Part shown: piece after piece, positions 46,838 through 52,932 of the stretch
How positions within the stretch are numbered: position 1 is the first letter of the stretch
Layout of the letters: the number at the start of each line of letters is the position of its first letter
Program-made: the position numbers and the translations under genes
The notes under the pieces: model-generated
Database searches by the model: none
Told to the model about the DNA's origin: nothing
What the model saw: the letters and a program-made list of their open reading frames with translations, nothing else
Source: a virus
Taxonomy: Duplodnaviria > Caudoviricetes
Virus record (IMG/VR): IMGVR_UViG_3300046170_000229
Location: 1-52,932 of that record
Reading direction: 5' to 3' (one strand)
Length of the DNA: 52,932 bases

Positions 46838-47377
46838 ATGAGTAAGACAAAAGTAGATTCAACAGGTATAGATTTAAGTGATAACTTTGCCTTCACTGGC
46901 ACTGTTACAGGAACTCCGGGTATTACAATGGCAGACCAATTTATATTGACTGCTGATTTTACAGGAAATGCTAATCCAATATCTTCAAATTTAGCCAGAA
47001 TATCAAGTGCAGGTCAAGGAACTTTAGGTACAGGTATGACAGTTAGTTCAGGTGTTTTTGCTTTTCCTTCTACTGGAATATATCTTGTAACACTTATAGT
47101 TAATGTTGTTGAAACTGATGGTGGAACAGATGGAAATGTAGGTTCTGAAATTCTGATAGCTACTGACAATGCTAGTTATATAACTAGAGCAAGAGCATTT
47201 TCAAATCTAGCTGTAAATAATGTTAATAATAACATGGTGTGTCAAACACTAGTAGATGTGACTAACACTTCAAATGTCAAAGTGAGATTTGATATAAATG
47301 ATAATGTTAATTTAGTTAGAGGTGCCTCAACCAACAATCAAACAAGTATGATGTTTATAAGATTAGGAGATACATAA
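46838..47377 (+). CDS. Tail-fibre tip module protein (C1q-like beta fold)
   Basis: GITMADQ; GVFAFPSTGIY; FIRLGDT. Confidence 0.75.
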   Translation: MSKTKVDSTGIDLSDNFAFTGTVTGTPGITMADQFILTADFTGNANPISSNLARISSAGQGTLGTGMTVSSGVFAFPSTGIYLVTLIVNVVETDGGTDGNVGSEILIATDNASYITRARAFSNLAVNNVNNNMVCQTLVDVTNTSNVKVRFDINDNVNLVRGASTNNQTSMMFIRLGDT

Positions 47378-47378
47378 T

Positions 47379-47669
47379 ATGGATATTAATAATAGACCAG
47401 ACCATATAGAAGATTATTTAGCGAGATTACATAGTGGTCAATGGTTTGGATTTGGTAATAATGAAAATAAAATTTATGCAAACTTAGTAATCCTTGATGA
47501 CACCAAAACTAAACCAACAGAACAAGAATGTATTGATGGTTTAGCAGCATTACAAAAAACATTTGATGATGCAAAAACAAAACAAACTACAGACGCAACT
47601 TCAGGTAAAACTAAATTAAAAAATCTTGGTCTAAGTGATGATGAGATTAAGGCATTAACAGGAAAATAA
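47379..47669 (+). CDS. Small partner/chaperone-like protein
   Basis: GQWFG; KPTE; KLKNLGLSDDEIKAL. Confidence 0.75.
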   Translation: MDINNRPDHIEDYLARLHSGQWFGFGNNENKIYANLVILDDTKTKPTEQECIDGLAALQKTFDDAKTKQTTDATSGKTKLKNLGLSDDEIKALTGK

Positions 47670-47670
47670 T

Positions 47671-48515
47671 ATGGCATACATAGGACAATCAATTAAAAAC
47701 GGAACATTCACTGTCTTAGACACCAGTGGTAATACTTACAATGGTTCTAACACAACATTTAGTTTAGGAACACAGGTAGGTTCTCCTGCACAGTTATTAG
47801 TATCTCATGATGGTGTTATACAAAAAGCAGGGAACAGACTATACACTAGCTACAGGCGGTACACAGATTACATTTACGACAGCCCCTGCCAGTGGAGCAG
47901 CAATCTTTATTGTAGAAATATCTGGTGCAGTGGGTGGACCAATGAATACAGATATCAATGGTGCAGAGTTTATATTAGATGTAGATGGTGATACAAGTAT
48001 TACAGCAGATACAGATGACCAAATAGATATTAAATTAAATGGTGCTGACCACATTAAGATTGCTACTTCTAGTGGAGATACTGTAGTACAACCTATGACA
48101 GATGCTAAAGACATAATTATAAAACAGTTTGATGGAAATGAATTAGTAAACTTTAATGATGGAGGATATTCATCATTTACTAGAGCAGCATTTTTTCCAG
48201 AAGGCTACACTAACAGACGCATCTACAATAGCATGGGATGTATCTACATCATCTGTAGCTAAAGTAACACTAGGCTGCTAATAGAACATTAGGTGCAGCA
48301 ACCAATGCACAAACAGGACAGTTTGTATCTTTATTAATTATTCAAGATGGCACAGGCTTCAAGAACAGTTACATTCAATGCTGCATATGAGTTTACAGGC
48401 AGACACCGCACCGACACTAACTACAACAGCAAGTAAAGGTGATTTATTTGTATTTAGATACAATGGTTCAAAGTTTTTAGAGGTAGGTAGAAATCTTAAC
48501 CTAACATTATCATAG
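47671..48515 (+). CDS. Tail fibre subunit broken by five +1 frameshifts (probably intact in vivo)
   Basis: 845 nt minus 5 = 280 codons; restored reading MAYIG...QK.GTDY...FPEATLTDASTIAWD...LGANRTL...QDGTGSRTV...FLEVGRNLNLTLS. Confidence 0.7.
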
Positions 48516-48523
48516 GAGTAAAT

Positions 48524-49139
48524 ATGTTTGCATTAGTAGAATCAGGAAAAATCACACAATTCCCTAAAGGAAACAAAGGAATTACAATAGGAGATAATCA
48601 ATATCCTAAAACTATCTATAGTTTATGGACCGAAGCAGAAAGAAATGCTATCGGTATCTATACTGTAGAAATAGATAGCACTAATAGAAAAGATGAAGAG
48701 TTTTATGTTAATACAAATATTACTTATGCATTTGGTAGTGGTAAAGTAACAGGTAGTTATGGAACAGCAACTGCTAAAAGACTTAACGATGAAGATGCAG
48801 TTGATGAGAATGGTGATAAAGTAAAAGATGCTGATGGTAATCAAGTAATTAACTATGGTCTTAAAACACAATACAAAAATCAATTTAATGCACAAGCTGC
48901 AGGACTATTAGCTAAAACAGATTGGTATGTAATCAAAGCTGCAGATGTTGGTAGCTTATTCTGTACCTAGTAATATTACAACATACAGAGCAGCAGTCAG
49001 AACAAAAGTCAATGCTATGGAAACATCTATAGATAACTGTTCAGATGTAGATGCATTGATAACTTTACTGACATACACAGAACAAGAAGATGGTTCAGTT
49101 ACAAGACCACTAGGCGAGTTTCCAAAAGAGGTAGTATAG
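48524..49139 (+). CDS. Tail-associated protein with one +1 frameshift near 48955
   Basis: 616 nt minus 1 = 205 codons; LAKTDWYV..YSVPSNITTYRAAVR. Confidence 0.7.
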
Positions 49140-49140
49140 T

Positions 49141-51546
49141 ATGGTTAGTATCTTAGGTGCTAATTCAGTAAGTGGTGGTTACGAAGTAAGTAACTCTTTA
49201 AGATTTAATGATGATGATAGTGCTTATTTAACAAGAACACCTAGTAGTGCAGGTAATAGAAAAACTTGGACTTGGAGTGCTTGGATTAAAAGAGGCAATA
49301 TTAGTACAACACAAAAATTATTCATGGCATATGGTGGTAATAATGAAGGTGGTTATACTAGTATTGATTTAGACTCAAATGATACATTTAGGGTGACAGG
49401 TTATGCCGCTGCCATAGAAACAACAACTGCACTTCTTCGTGATGTTTCAGCTTGGTATCACCTCATGGTTGTATTTGATACAACTCAAGCTACAGAAGCT
49501 AATAGGGTTAAAATGTATATCAATGGGGAACAAGCCGCTACTTCTCAAGGAGGCTCACACCCTGACCAAAATTTTGAACCTGCAATTAATAACAATGTAA
49601 TACATACTATTGGAGCTAGATATCTAACAAGTGCTACAGGTGAATTTTTAGATGGATACATGACAGAAGTAAATTTTATAGATGGAACTGCTAAATCCCC
49701 TACAGACTTTGGAGAGTTTGATGATAACAATGTTTGGATTCCAAAAGAATATACAGGAAGCTATGGAACTAATGGTTTCTTTTTACAGTTTAAACAAACA
49801 GGAACAAGTCAAAATGCTAGTGGTATAGGTGCAGATACATCAGGTAATGATAATCATTTTGCAGTAACTAATCTTGCAGCTACAGATGTAATGTTAGATA
49901 GTCCTACTAATAACTGGGCAACTTTTAATCCATTATTTAAATACGACAATGAAGTATTGTACGAGGGCAATCTAAAAGCAGATACAGGCTCATTAGGTGG
50001 TACTATTGGAACGTTTGGATTGACTTCTGGTAAATGGTATTGGGAAATTAGACCATCATCAGTTAATGCGGTTTACACTCCAAGACATGCAGGGATAACT
50101 GAAATACAAAATGCTCAAACTTCCTTATATACAAAATCAGTTTATTATGAATCAAATGGAAAAAAGAATATCAATAATACTTCAAGTTCGTATGGTGCAA
50201 CATTTACAGGTGGTGATATTTTAGGTGTTGCATTAGATATAGATAATCAAACTGTCACCTACTATAAAAATAATTCTTCTCAAGGAAGTATTGATATTTC
50301 ATCTGTGTATTCTATCGGTGATACTATTACTTTTTCTCATGCTCAATCTGCAGGTGTAAATCAAACAGCAATTGGAAACTTTGGACAAGACAGTTCTTTT
50401 GCAGGAAATGAAACAAGACAAAATAATTCAGATGGTAATGGTTTCGGTGATTTCTACTACGCACCACCTTCTGGATTTCTAGCACTATGTACTCAAAACC
50501 TAGCAACTGAATTATCCCCTACGATTGATGATGGTAGTCAATATTTTAATACTGTTTTATGGACTGGTAATGGTGGAACTAATGCTATCACAGGTGTAGG
50601 ATTTAAACCTGATTTGGTATGGGGTAAAGATAGAACAGGAACAGATAATCATCATTTATTTGATACTACTCGTGGCACTAATCAAAGACTAATATCAAAC
50701 TCAAGTGCTGCAGAAAATACAGAGAGTAATTGTTTAGATTCTTTTGATAGTGATGGTTTTACATTAGGAAGCAATACAGGTTTAAATAATAATGGAGATG
50801 CTCATGTAGCATGGAATTGGAAAGCCAATGGTGGTACTACATCATCTAACACATCAGGAAGTATTACCTCAACAGTTCAAGCCAACACTACAGCAGGATT
50901 TAGTATTGTGCTTTATACAGGTAATGCAACAAATGGTGCTACAGTAGGTCATGGATTGGGAAAAGTTCCATCTATGGTTATTACAAAAGCAAGAGATGAT
51001 TCACCTAGTCATTGGCGAACATATCATAGTGCATTAACAGACCATACTTATGCAGTGACTTTGAATGATACTCATGCTCAGACTACAGGTTATGGTTTAA
51101 ATGCATCACCAACATCTTCTGTTTTTGAATTAACAAATTCATCACAAAGAAATCAGAATACTATTAATTATGTCGCCTATTGTTTTGCAGAAATAAAAGG
51201 CTACTCTAAATTTGGTTCTTATACAGGTAATAACAATGCAGATGGAGTATTTGTTTATACAGGCTTTAAACCTGCTTTTATTATAACTAAAAAGATTGAT
51301 GGTGCATATAATTGGGGTATGTTGGATGCTACAAGAAGTTCTTTTAATGTTGCTGATGATTGGTTAGGAGCAAATTTAAATAATGCTGAAAGTGAAGAAT
51401 CAACCAGAGGTGCTGATTTATTATCAAATGGTTTTAAACCAAGAGGTAATAATGGAGATATAAATCATAATTCCCCATACCTCTACATGGCATTTGCAGA
51501 ACATCCATTTGTAAGTAGTGAAGGAGTGCCAGTAACGGCAAGATAG
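49141..51546 (+). CDS. LamG/concanavalin-like + SPRY multi-domain virion protein
   Basis: NSLRFN, TWTWSAWIKR, LRDVSAWYH, GKWYWE, GFKPDLVW, YSKFGSYTGN, YMAFAE. Confidence 0.85.
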   Translation: MVSILGANSVSGGYEVSNSLRFNDDDSAYLTRTPSSAGNRKTWTWSAWIKRGNISTTQKLFMAYGGNNEGGYTSIDLDSNDTFRVTGYAAAIETTTALLRDVSAWYHLMVVFDTTQATEANRVKMYINGEQAATSQGGSHPDQNFEPAINNNVIHTIGARYLTSATGEFLDGYMTEVNFIDGTAKSPTDFGEFDDNNVWIPKEYTGSYGTNGFFLQFKQTGTSQNASGIGADTSGNDNHFAVTNLAATDVMLDSPTNNWATFNPLFKYDNEVLYEGNLKADTGSLGGTIGTFGLTSGKWYWEIRPSSVNAVYTPRHAGITEIQNAQTSLYTKSVYYESNGKKNINNTSSSYGATFTGGDILGVALDIDNQTVTYYKNNSSQGSIDISSVYSIGDTITFSHAQSAGVNQTAIGNFGQDSSFAGNETRQNNSDGNGFGDFYYAPPSGFLALCTQNLATELSPTIDDGSQYFNTVLWTGNGGTNAITGVGFKPDLVWGKDRTGTDNHHLFDTTRGTNQRLISNSSAAENTESNCLDSFDSDGFTLGSNTGLNNNGDAHVAWNWKANGGTTSSNTSGSITSTVQANTTAGFSIVLYTGNATNGATVGHGLGKVPSMVITKARDDSPSHWRTYHSALTDHTYAVTLNDTHAQTTGYGLNASPTSSVFELTNSSQRNQNTINYVAYCFAEIKGYSKFGSYTGNNNADGVFVYTGFKPAFIITKKIDGAYNWGMLDATRSSFNVADDWLGANLNNAESEESTRGADLLSNGFKPRGNNGDINHNSPYLYMAFAEHPFVSSEGVPVTAR

Positions 51547-51558
51547 GAGGACAACAAC

Positions 51559-51600
51559 ATGTGTGAATATTGTAATGGTGAATGTGGAGGTAACTGCTAA
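51559..51600 (+). CDS. Micro-ORF MCEYCNGECGGNC (13 aa, 4 Cys)
   Basis: AGGAGG SD 8 nt upstream; TAATG overlap with the next start. Confidence 0.55.
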   Translation: MCEYCNGECGGNC

Positions 51601-52139
51601 TGAAACAATTGCTAATAATATTAGCCTTGTTTACAACAGTAGCAATAGTTACTGATTCAAAAGCAGAGACTAACACTGTATCTAGTACGGTGGTGACAAA
51701 CTCAACACCACCTACTGCAAATGCACCTTCTATAATCAATTCTAATAGTGACATATGCAAAGTTGGTGTTGGCGGAAGTGTGCAGAATAATGTTTTAGGT
51801 GTAGCTACAGGCGTTCTAATAGACGACCAACTATGTCAAAAGCTAAAGCTAAGTCGCTCCATGTATCAATATGGTATGAAAGTTGCGGCTGTTTCTATAC
51901 TCTGTCAAGATTATCGTGTCTATGATGCAATGACAGATGCAGGTACACCGTGTCCTTATAAAGGTTCTATTGGTGTAGAGGCACAAGAAGGATGGGAAAA
52001 TAATCCTTCGGATATTCCTGATGGAAGTAAATACAAGATTGACTACGTAAAAGCTAAAGTAAAAGAACAACCAAAAGGAGATATCAATGGTCTTAAAGAT
52101 TTTGGTCTTATGGCTCTTACTATGCTTCTCATACTCTAA
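51600..52139 (+). CDS. Secreted/membrane-anchored Cys-containing protein
   Basis: Signal peptide; TPPTANAPS, four Cys, AGTPCP; C-terminal hydrophobic tail. Confidence 0.8.
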   Translation: MKQLLIILALFTTVAIVTDSKAETNTVSSTVVTNSTPPTANAPSIINSNSDICKVGVGGSVQNNVLGVATGVLIDDQLCQKLKLSRSMYQYGMKVAAVSILCQDYRVYDAMTDAGTPCPYKGSIGVEAQEGWENNPSDIPDGSKYKIDYVKAKVKEQPKGDINGLKDFGLMALTMLLIL

Positions 52140-52932
52140 AGCAGATACCTGTTTACCTGATATTGAGGGATTATGCACCCCCGGTATCACGATAGAAGAA
52201 GAAGTTACTATAGAGAAAACAGAAGAAGATAAAGGTACAGAAATTGTTACAACAACCACAACTACTGTAACGACTACAACCACAACAGTAACAAACGAAG
52301 ACTCTGGAAATATTCTTGATGGTGATAATGACTATGTCACTACAACTAAAGAAGGAGATATGGATTACGATTGGGGTGGTCAAGGACCTGCAAGTATGCC
52401 TAATGGTAATAGTTGTGGTCAATTAGGCACGGATAAATGTGCCATGATTACAGGTAGTGGTAATTCAACATCTACTATGGGTGTTTCAGGTATGGGTACA
52501 ACATTTACCAATACAATTGACATATCTGATTTACAAATAGACAACGGTGGAAAAGTAAAATACACAATAGAGGTTGACAAACAAGATGCTCAAGATAGAA
52601 TCTACATGCACATTACAGGAACTAACGGAGGGGTTAGTGTCTTTTCAGGTACTGATATCTTGTCTGAATCTGGAGTATCATCAGGCTATCAATCATATAA
52701 TGGAGATTTCAATTTCAGTGGCGTTTTAAAAAGTTTAACAATAGAAATAGGTGGTAGGGATATCAATCTAGCTGTTGGTCCACTATTTGATGATGTGACT
52801 GTTAATGTATTTTATAATGTTATTAATACAATTATTGAACAACAAATTACCTCTATAGAAGAAATAGTTTATTTAAATTTATTTGACTCAACAGAATTAG
52901 AATTTGCTACAGAAGTTTTTGAATTTAATGAT
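52087..52932 (+). CDS. N-terminal 282 codons of a secreted acidic protein, open to the window end (not in ORF track)
   Basis: AAGGAG SD; MVLKILVLWLLLCFSYSKADTC; Thr run; no stop to 52932. Confidence 0.85.
   Translation, partial: MVLKILVLWLLLCFSYSKADTCLPDIEGLCTPGITIEEEVTIEKTEEDKGTEIVTTTTTTVTTTTTTVTNEDSGNILDGDNDYVTTTKEGDMDYDWGGQGPASMPNGNSCGQLGTDKCAMITGSGNSTSTMGVSGMGTTFTNTIDISDLQIDNGGKVKYTIEVDKQDAQDRIYMHITGTNGGVSVFSGTDILSESGVSSGYQSYNGDFNFSGVLKSLTIEIGGRDINLAVGPLFDDVTVNVFYNVINTIIEQQITSIEEIVYLNLFDSTELEFATEVFEFND

Noticed and set aside
47671-49139. True pseudogenes or programmed frameshifting in tail genes
   Set aside because: All lesions are single-base insertions in similar contexts with no nonsense decay or slippery heptamers; an artefact is more parsimonious
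41352-51546. Diversity-generating retroelement acting on tail genes
   Set aside because: No reverse transcriptase and no adenine-specific template/variable repeat pair seen

Overview
The window looks like an almost complete, circularly permuted genome of an AT-rich marine podovirus of the HMO-2011 type. The host is probably an alphaproteobacterium, possibly SAR11-like (inference). The type assignment rests on a family A DNA polymerase carrying a DnaJ-like CxxCxGxG insert and on the gene order. Two arms diverge from back-to-back consensus sigma70 promoters at about 25.5 kb. The minus-strand arm (25.0 to 10.2 kb) holds early and replication genes: small ORFs, GP88-like, DUF932, an SH3/Sm-like protein, primase, SF4 helicase, PolA, SSB-like, nucleases and DUF3310. 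The plus-strand arm (25.7 kb, across the window end, to 10.2 kb) holds small basic proteins, terminase, portal, scaffold, capsid, tail and fibre modules, a secreted/membrane cassette, internal virion proteins, holin and lysozyme. I saw no integrase, RNA polymerase, tRNA or CRISPR array. The most unusual signal is non-coding. Eleven copies of a palindrome with core TAACACGTGTTA lie only in intergenic sites of the early arm, several within a repeated unit of promoter (16-bp spacer), hairpin, terminator, palindrome and gene. A roughly 420-nt highly structured candidate ncRNA is bracketed by two copies. Other notable items are a gene overprinted on the portal 3' end, twin RNA hairpins with an identical CUAC/CC internal loop before the scaffold gene, and a 13-aa four-cysteine micropeptide. 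Clustered +1 frameshifts are probably consensus artefacts. All calls come from reading the sequence; no searches were run.
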